This document shows, piece after piece, positions 19,738-29,418 of a stretch of 63,431 bases of DNA. This DNA comes from an uncultured Clostridia bacterium. Its GTDB lineage: Bacteria > Bacillota_I > Bacilli_A > RF39 > UBA660. The first letter of the stretch is position 1; each line of letters starts with the position of its first letter. The stretch is taken from NCBI GenBank assembly GCA_947165365.1, contig CAMVAF010000005.1, positions 1 through 63,431 on the forward strand, in the 5' to 3' direction. Both the position numbers and the translations under genes were made by a program. The notes below the pieces were generated by a model that saw only the letters and a program-made list of their open reading frames with translations, had not been told where the DNA came from and searched no databases.

Positions 19738-20286
19738 TTATTTCTTTTGATAAATATAAAGATATTTATCACCATATTTTTTTTCTTTTTTTAATATAAG
19801 ATTATCATTATTATAATCAATTTGATAATTTACTTCACATATAATTAAACCTTTATCTTTTAATAAATTATATTTAATAAGATAATCCATTATATTTTCA
19901 TTAATCATATCTTTATATGGTGGATCTAAAAAAACGATATCAAAAGAAATATTTTCTTTTTGATAAAAAGCTAGAGCTTTTTGATAATCCAAAGAAGTAA
20001 TAATACTTTTATCTAATATACCAAAATTTTTTATATTATCTTTTATTATATTAAAACATTTTTTATTATAGTCATTAAAATAAACCATTGATGCTCCATT
20101 ACTTATCGCTTCAATTCCTAAATTACCACTACCAGAGAATAAATCTAGGACTATACTATTATTTAAGTTATTATATATCATTGCAAATAAGCTTTCTTTT
20201 ACTCGATCCATCGTGGGTCTTGTACCATCAATATCAAAACCATTTATTTTTCTTCCTTTTAAAAAACCGCTAATTACCTTTGGCAT
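19738..20286 (-). CDS. rsmD: 16S rRNA (guanine966-N2)-methyltransferase RsmD
   Basis: 182 aa with RPTMDRVKESLF, DLFSGSGNLGIEA and the DPPY motif. Confidence 0.88.
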   Translation of the reverse strand: MPKVISGFLKGRKINGFDIDGTRPTMDRVKESLFAMIYNNLNNSIVLDLFSGSGNLGIEAISNGASMVYFNDYNKKCFNIIKDNIKNFGILDKSIITSLDYQKALAFYQKENISFDIVFLDPPYKDMINENIMDYLIKYNLLKDKGLIICEVNYQIDYNNDNLILKKEKKYGDKYLYIYQKK

Positions 20287-20534
20287 AATTTACTCCTTCC
20301 AAATTTTTTATTAATTTCCATTATTAAATAATTAAGATTATTTTCACTTATTAAATATTTTTTTATTATCTCATTTTCATATAATCTTTTTTTATTTAAA
20401 ATAGATTGATCATTACGATAGTTCATAATTAATTCTTTTTCTTGATTAGTTATTTTATTTTTTATTATATTAATATTTTGCATATCTTGATTATTATCAA
20501 ATAATTTAAATAATTCTTCTAATTTTTCTTCCAT
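20274..20534 (-). CDS. small hypothetical protein, possibly YlbF/YmcA-like
   Basis: 86-aa helical ORF upstream of and overlapping rsmD. Family assignment is weak. Confidence 0.45.
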   Translation of the reverse strand: MEEKLEELFKLFDNNQDMQNINIIKNKITNQEKELIMNYRNDQSILNKKRLYENEIIKKYLISENNLNYLIMEINKKFGRSKLCQR

Positions 20535-20563
20535 AAATATCACATTAATAGTTTATCATGTTA

Positions 20564-20593
20564 AAGAAAAAAATGCTAGATTAACTAGCATTT
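20564..20593 (-). terminator. rho-independent terminator of tig
   Basis: On the minus strand: AAATGCTAG-TTAAT-CTAGCATTTTTTT, immediately after the tig stop. Confidence 0.7.
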
Positions 20594-21846
20594 TATTTAT
20601 TATATTCTTCTAATTTATCAACTAATTTTTTAAGTTGTAAATTTGCTCTTAGATTTTCTTTACTATCATATTCACGAAGTATTTCTTCTTCTTTTACTTT
20701 ATATTCTTTAGCAAGACGTTTAACTTCTTCATTTACTTCTTCATCAGTTACTTCTACTTTTTCAAGTTTAAATAATTCTTCAATAATTAAACGATATAGT
20801 ACATTTTTTCTTGCTTGTTCCTCATATTGTTTATGTAAATCTTCATGAGTAGTTTTTGTAATTTGATGATACAATTCAAGTGATAATCCTTGAGAATTTA
20901 GAGTATGTTCAAATTCATGAATCATATAATGAACTTCATCATCAACAAGTTCTTCTGGAAGATCACATTCAGTATTTTCTGCAATCTTAGATAACATTTC
21001 ATCCATAAATTTATTTTCTACTTCCATCTTTTTGTTATCCTCAAGATGTTTTTGAATATTTTTCTCTAAATCTTCTTTATTTTTTACATCTTCTATTGCT
21101 AAATCTTCAAAGAATTCTTCATCTAGTTCTCTTTTAACTTTTTCTTTAATCTCATGCAATTTAACTTTAAATACAACATCTTGTCCTTTTAAATCTTCAC
21201 TTGGATAATCTTTAGGGAATGTCAAGTTAATATCTTTTTCTTCACCTGGCATCATTCCAATTAAACTATCCTCAAATCCTGGAATAAAAGTATTACTTCC
21301 AACTTCTAATGAGTAATTTTCAGCCTTACCACCATCAAATGCTACACCATTTTTAAATCCTTCATAATCAATGATAGCAGTATCGCCCTTAGCTAAAGGT
21401 CCTTCTTTTACAGATAATTCAGTATATCTTTCTAATAAATTCTCAATTTCCTTATCAATTTCTTCTTTTGTTACTTTAACTTTATCTTTTTTTACTTTTA
21501 AATCTTTATATTTCTTTATTTCTACTTCTGGTTTTGTAATTACTGTAAAGATATATTCAATACCTTTATCATCAACATTTTTAATATCAACTGATCCCCC
21601 AGTAATTGGAATTAATTTTTCTTTTTTTAGCATATCTTGATATGCATCTTGTACTATTGATTCAGCTGCTTCTTCATATAAAGATAATACTCCATAATGT
21701 TTAATATAAATATCTTTAGGAGCTTTACCAGGTCTAAACCCAGCAATTTTAGCTTTACTATTTAATTTTTTAAATGCTTTATCAAGAGCTTTTTCCCATT
21801 TTTCTCCTTCTACTTTATAACTAATCTCTTTTTTTGATTTTTCCAT
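20593..21846 (-). CDS. tig: trigger factor
   Basis: 417 aa. The N-terminal ribosome-binding signature GFRPGKAP, a central FKBP-like part and an acidic C-terminal arm are all present. Confidence 0.93.
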   Translation of the reverse strand: MEKSKKEISYKVEGEKWEKALDKAFKKLNSKAKIAGFRPGKAPKDIYIKHYGVLSLYEEAAESIVQDAYQDMLKKEKLIPITGGSVDIKNVDDKGIEYIFTVITKPEVEIKKYKDLKVKKDKVKVTKEEIDKEIENLLERYTELSVKEGPLAKGDTAIIDYEGFKNGVAFDGGKAENYSLEVGSNTFIPGFEDSLIGMMPGEEKDINLTFPKDYPSEDLKGQDVVFKVKLHEIKEKVKRELDEEFFEDLAIEDVKNKEDLEKNIQKHLEDNKKMEVENKFMDEMLSKIAENTECDLPEELVDDEVHYMIHEFEHTLNSQGLSLELYHQITKTTHEDLHKQYEEQARKNVLYRLIIEELFKLEKVEVTDEEVNEEVKRLAKEYKVKEEEILREYDSKENLRANLQLKKLVDKLEEYNK

Positions 21847-21918
21847 ATTTCCTCCATTTCTTCCATATTATAACTAATTATTCCAAAATATTCAACTATT
21901 TTTAAAAAAAATTACCTA

Positions 21919-22905
21919 TTATTCATAGGTAATATTTAAAAAATCACTAATATCAATACCACTTGCAATAGGTGTTTTTATTGATAAAATTGTTTTTTCA
22001 TCAAGATAAATATAATATAATTCAAATTCAGCATTACCTTCATAATAATGGTCACTTACTACTTGAAAACCATTTATCTCTTGACTATTTTTTTCTAATT
22101 GAGAATCATCCAATATATCTTCGTCTTTCTCATTATTTTCTTCTGAATATATATCATATAATAGTGAAATACGAATTAAATTGTTTTGAGTATCATGTAA
22201 CATTAACATATAATCATCAAAAAATACATCGTTAACAACATGATATTTTGATTGATCATATTTCATTGTAAATCGTTTACTATTTGGTAAATCTAATGAT
22301 AAATTCCATGTACCATTATCTAATAAATCAGTTTTTGTAATATCAAGTTTATCTATTAATAAATTATTTAAAAGATTTTTGCTAAATTTTTGATTATCTA
22401 AATGGTAATTAACTTGATAATATCCACTATCATTTTTTATATATAAATATAATATCTCACGATAATTATTTTCGTTTCCCGTTTTTATGAGATAAGCCTG
22501 ATTACCATTTTTCATTTGATAACTAAATATTCTTAAATAATTATTTAATTCGAACCTATCAATAAATGATTTAATAAAATCTATATTTCCTTCTTTAATT
22601 AAACCAATATTTCTACTAACATATAAATTATCATTTTTATAAGTAATACTAAAATCAGATATATTACACAAGTATGTATTGTTTGGAACAACAAAATTAT
22701 ACTGATTTATGGCATTAATCCTATTTTTATTTATCAAAATATTTTTATAATTATCACTATTATATTCATTAATATGACTATTATCAAAGGTTCCTTTTTC
22801 ATATTCAGTTTTCCAGACAATATCATTATTATTTGCTACTGAAATAACAAATAATCCAATCATACCAATCCCTAAACATAGCAAAAATAAACTTATTTTT
22901 TTCAT
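21919..22905 (-). CDS. membrane-anchored hypothetical protein, last gene of the pilin-like operon
   Basis: The start MKKISLFLLCLGIGMIGLFVI at 22905 overlaps the upstream stop (TAATG). No domain recognised. Confidence 0.6.
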   Translation of the reverse strand: MKKISLFLLCLGIGMIGLFVISVANNNDIVWKTEYEKGTFDNSHINEYNSDNYKNILINKNRINAINQYNFVVPNNTYLCNISDFSITYKNDNLYVSRNIGLIKEGNIDFIKSFIDRFELNNYLRIFSYQMKNGNQAYLIKTGNENNYREILYLYIKNDSGYYQVNYHLDNQKFSKNLLNNLLIDKLDITKTDLLDNGTWNLSLDLPNSKRFTMKYDQSKYHVVNDVFFDDYMLMLHDTQNNLIRISLLYDIYSEENNEKDEDILDDSQLEKNSQEINGFQVVSDHYYEGNAEFELYYIYLDEKTILSIKTPIASGIDISDFLNITYE

Positions 22906-25748
22906 TAACAACCACCGCTTGTATATGGTGAAGGACACCAGCATGTACTAACAGATCCATGACCAATAGTATATGAATTAGGAGTTTTTGAACCATCGTA
23001 ATAATAGCCATAATCCCTCCAATTAGCTGGATGTACCTGCTGAACTGCTGCTGTACATCTATTATCATCATTACCATTTGGAGCAGTTAAACTCCATGAA
23101 CTACCAAGACTAACCCATCGAAATACTCTTGCTGTAAAGTTTTTATTTCTACTGCTGTATGTAACTGTATCATTTGGCACAAAATGAACAGTTATTTTTA
23201 CCTCATTCGATGTTCCTACACCATTTAATATAACTAATTTTTTTTCATTAGCATTTGCTGTCATAGTTTGAGAACTAGGATCGACGGTAACAACATTGGT
23301 GTTTTCACTGGTAACAGTAAATGTTCCTGCGACATCAGCTTTAACATAAAATTGGCGTGTTTTTCCATATGCTATAAAACCTATATTTGGTTCAGTATAA
23401 TTATATTTAGAAACATCATTTGTTTTATCTGAAATATAATTGTCAGTCTTTTCATTCAAATCACGACAATGTTTAGAATCAACATCATAGTAGAATGTTT
23501 GATAATAATAGTAATGACAATATAAATATTTTCTTACAAATGATATTGTAGGTTGTATTCTTATCCTCCAATTAACATTTGCTGGAGCGGAATGACTACT
23601 ATCTGGGGTACAACTTGCTGTATATAATCCAACATCTTTTTTCACACAATTATTACATGTTCCACCAGTACATGTACAACCAGTTATATTTTCACCTGTA
23701 TAAATTTGATTATCACATGTAAGTACCGCTGATGGTTTGTTATTATTTATTTTCCATGATTTATTTGATGGATTTGTGTGATTTGCATCGCCTGTACAAC
23801 TTGCCGTATACGTTCCAGCATTCGTTGCTTTATATGTTCCTCCTACTGTTCCGCCACTACAAGAGCATCCTATTTGTTCCTTACCATTATATTCTTTATC
23901 ACTACATGTTAGTATTGCCTCTACTTTATTTATTTTTAATACTCCCTTATTATATATTACACTATAATTTTCAATTCCTTTAGTTGTATTTGCAGCTGAT
24001 GGGGTTATCGTGCCATTGGTTGTATAGTTTGTGGTACTTTGTGTTAAGGTTACTGCTGTTAAACTATCGCCACTAACTAGACCGCTTGCCGTTACTTGTC
24101 CAACACCTTGTGTTATTGATTTACCATAATTAATTGTTTGGTCTTTCGCAGTTATTGTTAAGACCTTTTTTTTCATTGACCATGTTTCATTTTCTGGATT
24201 TACGTGATTTGCATCGCCTGTACAACTTGCTGTATACGTTCCAGCATTTGTTGCTTTATATGTTCCTCCTACTGTTCCGCCACTACAAGAGCATCCTATT
24301 TGTTCACTACCTGTATAATCTTTATCACTGCATGTTAGTGTTGCTTCGGCTTTTTTTATTTCACAACTAAACTCTTTATCCGTTGTTGTTCCATCAATCC
24401 ATACTAATCCCTCTTGAATTTTTGCTTTTATGGTATAAGTATTAACTTCCGTTCCCGTGTTATTATAAAAAGTTACTCCAGCTGGCTCGGTTTTTGTTAA
24501 TTTTTGATTTTTTCCATTATATTTTACATCTTTACAATAAGAACTTGTTGGAATATCAATTTTTGTTGCTGGTATTTGTGATAATATATGTGTACTAGTT
24601 TTTTCTACTTCAGTATCATTATGAACGATATCACTAGTTCCTTTATGAACCCATGCTATTATTTTGTTATTATAACTACTTGGTAACAAATCAAGATATC
24701 CATATTCTTTTCCTTTAATTACTTCAAAATTATTTGTCTTACCATCTTCATATTCTAAAGTAACATAATATGATACATCAAAACTACTTGATTTTGTAGT
24801 AACATTTCCGGCAACATCTTCTACTTTTACTTCTATATGATAACTTCCACTTACTAAATTTTCACTAATCAAATATGTATTATCAGTTAAATTTTTAAAG
24901 TCAGCATCATTACATGTGTCATTTGATAGTTTTATACAGTATGATATTTTCTTTATTCCCATATCATCTTTAACATTATCTAATTTAATGGTAATATCTT
25001 TTTTATTCGTTCCATCTGTTATTACATATCTTTTATCATTTATGATATCAAAAGTTGGTGCTTCTTTATCTATTTTAACATTTATTATACGATCATCTGC
25101 TATCTTTACACCATCAGCACTATAAGCTGATACTAAATAACTTCCACTATTTTCTATTTTTACATTGCATTTTTGATTAGTTGCTATACAATGATTATTC
25201 ACTTTATCTATCGAATAATATGATAAATTACTATCATCTAAATATAATTCTAAAATAACATTATCTTTTGTGACTTCTACATTTTTATATGATAACAAAG
25301 GATTATATTTATGATTATTATCTTTTTCTAAATATGCATTAACATTGATACTTCCTGGTACATATCCTTTACAAAAAGCTCCTTCACTTTCATAATCTAA
25401 ACATTTTAAGCACACTTCATAATCATATTGTCTTGTGTTAGGGTTTCTTGTAACATATACTTCTCCACTTTCACAAGTACCACCTTTTTTATCTTTTACA
25501 GGCGATATATAATTATCATCTTCTAAATTATCTAATGTTACAACATTATATCCTTTAATTGGTAATTCGTCTCTATTTTTTTCAAAATATTCACTACCAG
25601 ATAATAACAAACTTTGTTCTACTGTTTGGTAATAATTTTTACTTGATGCATCAAAAATATTATTATATGCTACTACTCCTATTCCACCTATTATGGCTAT
25701 AATGACAATTGTTACTATTGATTCAATTATCGTAAATCCTTTTTTCAT
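22905..25748 (-). CDS. giant prepilin-type N-terminal cleavage/methylation domain protein with Ig/MBG-like modules and Cys-rich repeats
   Basis: MKKG|FTIIESIVTIVIIAIIGG is a class III (type IV pilin) leader with Glu+5. 947 aa. An MBG-like block is present (VLTITAKDQTINYGKS...GLVSGDSL...NYSVIYNKGVLKINK). The Cys-rich unit LTCSDK.Y.G.EQIGCSCSGGTVGGTYKATNAGTYTASCTGDANH occurs twice, with a third diverged copy. Confidence 0.8.
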   Translation of the reverse strand: MKKGFTIIESIVTIVIIAIIGGIGVVAYNNIFDASSKNYYQTVEQSLLLSGSEYFEKNRDELPIKGYNVVTLDNLEDDNYISPVKDKKGGTCESGEVYVTRNPNTRQYDYEVCLKCLDYESEGAFCKGYVPGSINVNAYLEKDNNHKYNPLLSYKNVEVTKDNVILELYLDDSNLSYYSIDKVNNHCIATNQKCNVKIENSGSYLVSAYSADGVKIADDRIINVKIDKEAPTFDIINDKRYVITDGTNKKDITIKLDNVKDDMGIKKISYCIKLSNDTCNDADFKNLTDNTYLISENLVSGSYHIEVKVEDVAGNVTTKSSSFDVSYYVTLEYEDGKTNNFEVIKGKEYGYLDLLPSSYNNKIIAWVHKGTSDIVHNDTEVEKTSTHILSQIPATKIDIPTSSYCKDVKYNGKNQKLTKTEPAGVTFYNNTGTEVNTYTIKAKIQEGLVWIDGTTTDKEFSCEIKKAEATLTCSDKDYTGSEQIGCSCSGGTVGGTYKATNAGTYTASCTGDANHVNPENETWSMKKKVLTITAKDQTINYGKSITQGVGQVTASGLVSGDSLTAVTLTQSTTNYTTNGTITPSAANTTKGIENYSVIYNKGVLKINKVEAILTCSDKEYNGKEQIGCSCSGGTVGGTYKATNAGTYTASCTGDANHTNPSNKSWKINNNKPSAVLTCDNQIYTGENITGCTCTGGTCNNCVKKDVGLYTASCTPDSSHSAPANVNWRIRIQPTISFVRKYLYCHYYYYQTFYYDVDSKHCRDLNEKTDNYISDKTNDVSKYNYTEPNIGFIAYGKTRQFYVKADVAGTFTVTSENTNVVTVDPSSQTMTANANEKKLVILNGVGTSNEVKITVHFVPNDTVTYSSRNKNFTARVFRWVSLGSSWSLTAPNGNDDNRCTAAVQQVHPANWRDYGYYYDGSKTPNSYTIGHGSVSTCWCPSPYTSGGC
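23778..23920. repeat. intragenic direct repeat, copy A
   Basis: The first ~102 bp differ at only 2 positions from 24204-24305. The offset of 426 bp equals 142 codons. Confidence 0.85.
24204..24346. repeat. intragenic direct repeat, copy B
   Basis: Near-identical to 23778-23920. Encodes the Cys-rich module of the pilin-like protein. Confidence 0.85.
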
Positions 25749-25756
25749 ATTCTCTC

Positions 25757-26284
25757 CTAAATAAAATATATTAAACTAATAACAAGGACTATTAGAAAAA
25801 ACAGGCTTATCAAAAGTATTGATTTAAAAGATGCAAAACCAGTATATGCTGGAGTAAACTTATTATTTAAATTATAATTAAATTCTTCATCAAATTTGGC
25901 GTCAATTTCGTTGGTATTTAAAGTTTTATTATAAATACTATTTCTAATATCACTTATATATTTTATAGAAAAACCATTAAAAGTTATTTTCCTACCATTT
26001 TGAAATTCAACATTATAATTACAACAATCTTTTTCTTTATCATAATTATATTTTTCATCAATTAGCACCGAATTATCTTTAAAAAAGCCTAAAATATTAT
26101 TCATATTTTCTTCAAACAAATCTTCTGGAAAAAAGAAACATGTTTGATTAGGATCATTGGAATTCATATTAAAATTAAATTCTAAATTATCATTCTTTTT
26201 AACAATTTTCATGCATGCTTTATCAATATTATTTTCTTTTTTAAAATATAAATTCATTATACTATATAAATAATCAATATTCAT
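25757..26284 (-). CDS. hypothetical protein with a C-terminal TM anchor
   Basis: ATG at 26284 follows AGGTGA. Starts 10 nt after the ftsK stop. C-terminal SILLISLFFLIVLVISLIYFI. Confidence 0.55.
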   Translation of the reverse strand: MNIDYLYSIMNLYFKKENNIDKACMKIVKKNDNLEFNFNMNSNDPNQTCFFFPEDLFEENMNNILGFFKDNSVLIDEKYNYDKEKDCCNYNVEFQNGRKITFNGFSIKYISDIRNSIYNKTLNTNEIDAKFDEEFNYNLNNKFTPAYTGFASFKSILLISLFFLIVLVISLIYFI

Positions 26285-26293
26285 AAAAATCAC

Positions 26294-28585
26294 CTATATT
26301 ATTTCTTCCTCATCACTATTATTAAGTTTTACCAAAACTTCCCTAGGTTTACTACCATTCATTGGACCAATAATACCACGTTCCTCTAATAAATCAATAA
26401 CTCTTGCAGCTCTATTATAGCCAAGTTTAAATCTTCTTTGAAGAAGCGATGCCGAAGCTTTTCCTGTTTTAACAACAAATTCTACAATCTCATCATACAA
26501 TGGATCATCATATTCTTCGTCTTTTTCTTTAGCTTCACCAACTCCTGTAGTTTCACCTTGAATATGATCAAGATTTTGAAATCTAGCGTCATATTGAGCC
26601 ACTTGTTCTTTACAAACAAAGTCAACTATTTTTGATATTTCTGGTTCTGATATCCAAGCTCCCTGAATTCTTGTTGGAGCATTTTCTCCTTGTGGAAGGA
26701 ACAACATATCTCCTCTTCCTAAAAGTTTTTCAGCTCCTTGCATATCAAGAATGGTTCTTGAATCAATTCCTGATGATACTGCAAAAGCAATACGTGTTGG
26801 AATATTAGCTTTAATAACACCAGTGATAACATCAGTAGAAGGTCTTTGTGTAGCAATAATCAAATGAATTCCCGCAGCTCTTGCCATTTGAGTAATTCTC
26901 ATGATACTATCTTCTACTTCTTTACTTGCAACCATCATTAAATCAGCAAGTTCATCTACAACAACAATAATATAAGGCATTTTAGCTATTTTATCATCAT
27001 CTGATCTATTTTTATTTTCTTCTTCAATTTTTTGATTATATGTTTCAATATTTTTAACTTTGCTTTCTTCAAATACATCATACCTATGTTCCATTTCACT
27101 AACAATCATTTGAAGAGCAGCAGAAGCTTTTTTAGGATCTGTTACAACAGGTCTTAACAAATGTGGTACACCATTATACATTGATAATTCAACTTTCTTT
27201 GGATCAACTAATAAAAGTTTTACTTCATCTGGTTTACAACGCATTAGAATACTTGCTAAAATACAGTTAATACAAACAGATTTACCACTTCCTGTTGCAC
27301 CAGCAACTAACATATGAGGTGTTTTATTAATTGGATACATTCTAATTTCACCCTTGATATCTTTTCCTAAAGCCATCAATATTTTATTAGGGTTAACTGG
27401 TTCTTTAACCAGTTTTTCCATAATTTCACGTATATATACAACTGTTGCTGTATCATTTGCTATTTCAATGCCACATGTACTCTTACCAGGGATAGGAGCT
27501 TGAATTCTAACATCTTTTTTAGCAAGTGCCAAGGATATCTCTTTATTAATACTAGTTAATCTTGACAATTTTGTACCTGCTTTAATAGCAAGTTCATATT
27601 GCGTACAAGCAGGACCTACTGTTACGGCAACAACTTTACCTACAACACCAAATTCATTTAACACTTCCTCAAGTATTTTAATATTTTTTTCAATATTATC
27701 TTGATTATTATTTTTGGTTTTTTGAGGGACATCTAAAAGAGATGTTGGCGGTAAATGATAATTATAATTATCAACAATTTTAACTGGTTCCTTAACTGGT
27801 TCATCATCAATCTCTACTTTATCATTTGCTTTATTTTTATTTTTAATTTCATCTAAACTATTAATAATAACTTTATTACTTGTACCACTTTCTTTTTCTT
27901 CTTTAGGATTATTAGTATTATCATTGATTTTTACATCAACTATCTCATCATCACTAACCCCAATTAGATGATTTTCATGTTCCTTCTTTTCATGTTTAGG
28001 TACTAATTCCTTACTCTTATCATATCCTTTTTTAATAAGTTCCACAATTGATATTCCTGTAAACAATGTTATTCCACCAGCTATGAATATCCAGTAGATA
28101 ATTTTAGTTCCTTCAACAGCAAACAAGGAATATAATAAACTTAAGATTAATCCTCCAAGCATTCCTCCACCAATATTGGCAAAAGTAGCATCACGACTTG
28201 CCCCACTTACTGTTTTAAAGACATTCACTACTTCATTAAAAGTATTATTAATTATTGATTTCCAAGTACTACCTTCTTCAATATAAGTCATGTGAACTAA
28301 TACTAATACACCAATAATTACTAAAATAAGTCCCATTAATTTGGAACTAAAGAAATCAGGATATTCCTTATTAAACAATACATATATTCCAATTAACACA
28401 ATTAAAACTAAAGGAACAAGATATAAACTTCCAAACAAGAAGGCAAAAAATGCACATATAAGTTTGCCACAAGGGCCATATCCACATATTCCTAAAACAC
28501 CAATTAAAACTAATATTATTCCATATACTTCAATACTTAAGGACATTTTCTTTTTCGTATCTTTTTTTCTTTTTCTCTTTGCCAT
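26294..28585 (-). CDS. ftsK: DNA translocase FtsK/SpoIIIE
   Basis: N-terminal 4-5 TM helices and a linker, then a motor domain with Walker A GATGSGKS and Walker B VVVDELADL, and a C-terminal gamma winged helix (LLQRRFKLGYNRAARVID). Confidence 0.93.
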   Translation of the reverse strand: MAKRKRKKDTKKKMSLSIEVYGIILVLIGVLGICGYGPCGKLICAFFAFLFGSLYLVPLVLIVLIGIYVLFNKEYPDFFSSKLMGLILVIIGVLVLVHMTYIEEGSTWKSIINNTFNEVVNVFKTVSGASRDATFANIGGGMLGGLILSLLYSLFAVEGTKIIYWIFIAGGITLFTGISIVELIKKGYDKSKELVPKHEKKEHENHLIGVSDDEIVDVKINDNTNNPKEEKESGTSNKVIINSLDEIKNKNKANDKVEIDDEPVKEPVKIVDNYNYHLPPTSLLDVPQKTKNNNQDNIEKNIKILEEVLNEFGVVGKVVAVTVGPACTQYELAIKAGTKLSRLTSINKEISLALAKKDVRIQAPIPGKSTCGIEIANDTATVVYIREIMEKLVKEPVNPNKILMALGKDIKGEIRMYPINKTPHMLVAGATGSGKSVCINCILASILMRCKPDEVKLLLVDPKKVELSMYNGVPHLLRPVVTDPKKASAALQMIVSEMEHRYDVFEESKVKNIETYNQKIEEENKNRSDDDKIAKMPYIIVVVDELADLMMVASKEVEDSIMRITQMARAAGIHLIIATQRPSTDVITGVIKANIPTRIAFAVSSGIDSRTILDMQGAEKLLGRGDMLFLPQGENAPTRIQGAWISEPEISKIVDFVCKEQVAQYDARFQNLDHIQGETTGVGEAKEKDEEYDDPLYDEIVEFVVKTGKASASLLQRRFKLGYNRAARVIDLLEERGIIGPMNGSKPREVLVKLNNSDEEEII

Positions 28586-28671
28586 AATTATCTCTACTTT
28601 CTTACAATTACATTATATATAATTTATAATTTTTTTTCAATAGATTACTATTAAAAATATCTTTTTTTAAC

Positions 28672-28703
28672 AAAAAAATACTTATGAAAATCATTCATAA
28701 GTA
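28672..28703 (-). terminator. rho-independent terminator
   Basis: On the minus strand: TACTTATGAA-loop-TTCATAAGTA followed by TTTTTTT. Confidence 0.6.
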
Positions 28704-28704
28704 A

Positions 28705-29277
28705 TTACTTTTTTCTTACTTTAGATAGTACTTTTTGTTCAGTAGGATAAACCAATTGATAAAAATCATCTTGGCTAATATCAGATATGGATAATGGTTT
28801 TCTTTCATCATATTGATAAAATTTTGTACTATTTTTTAACAAAATACTTACTATATCATGATAGTTCATTGCCGTAAAGCAATGATTACCTTCAATATCT
28901 TCATTATCCTGATCTTTATTTTTCATATCAACATAAACTAACATATTTTTGCAATGATAGATCATCGCATCAACTTTAATACCTGGTTCATGTAATTCAA
29001 TAATTTTACTTTTTTTATCATATTTAATCATGGGTAAAATAGGTGCATCATATTTATATAATATTTTATAAAAATTCTTAATATCTTCTTTTCGAGTTAA
29101 ATTGTAATTTTTTAAAATCTCTTGTGGTATATAATCAATATATAAATATTCATATTTATTATCCCTATCAGCATTTTCCAAACATTTAAAAAAGCTTTTA
29201 TCATCTTCCACATTCATTTGTTTAATATCTATTATATCATCAAAATATATTTTATTTACTTGTTTTTGTTCTTTCAT
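28705..29277 (-). CDS. hypothetical protein
   Basis: 190-aa ORF with an AGAGGAAATT SD region. No motif recognised. Confidence 0.6.
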   Translation of the reverse strand: MKEQKQVNKIYFDDIIDIKQMNVEDDKSFFKCLENADRDNKYEYLYIDYIPQEILKNYNLTRKEDIKNFYKILYKYDAPILPMIKYDKKSKIIELHEPGIKVDAMIYHCKNMLVYVDMKNKDQDNEDIEGNHCFTAMNYHDIVSILLKNSTKFYQYDERKPLSISDISQDDFYQLVYPTEQKVLSKVRKK

Positions 29278-29418
29278 AATTTCCTCTTTCTTATTAATGA
29301 TTTTTACCCCTAATTATTCTTCATTTTTAAGTTTATTTAAGAAATTTGTGATCTAACTCCCACCACTTAACATAGTTAGAAGTGGGGGCTTCCCTCTTAA
29401 GTAATATTTATTACAGCA

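Noticed and set aside
21371-21640. Antisense or alternate-frame ORFs inside well-supported genes. Examples: 4062-4334, 4781-5083, 9979-10194, 13390-13584, 14355-14612, 20088-20273, 21371-21640, 21972-22235, 22829-23077, 24916-25125, 26438-26635, 28341-28622, 29660-29884, 30027-30278, 34526-34837, 35886-36140, 37422-37616, 40355-40561, 43096-43347, 44647-44853, 45643-45891, 47373-47670, 48024-48320, 50780-50980, 51772-51978, 53320-53502, 55854-56048, 57074-57304, 58750-58995, 61278-61700.
   Set aside because: Each lies within or opposite a longer ORF with clear homology or a better SD. Their compositions are low-complexity, typical of spurious frames in AT-rich DNA.
23732-24370. Two similar plus-strand ORFs (83 and 78 aa) with near-identical peptides.
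   Set aside because: They are antisense shadows of the internal repeat in the pilin-like gene. Their similarity simply mirrors that repeat.
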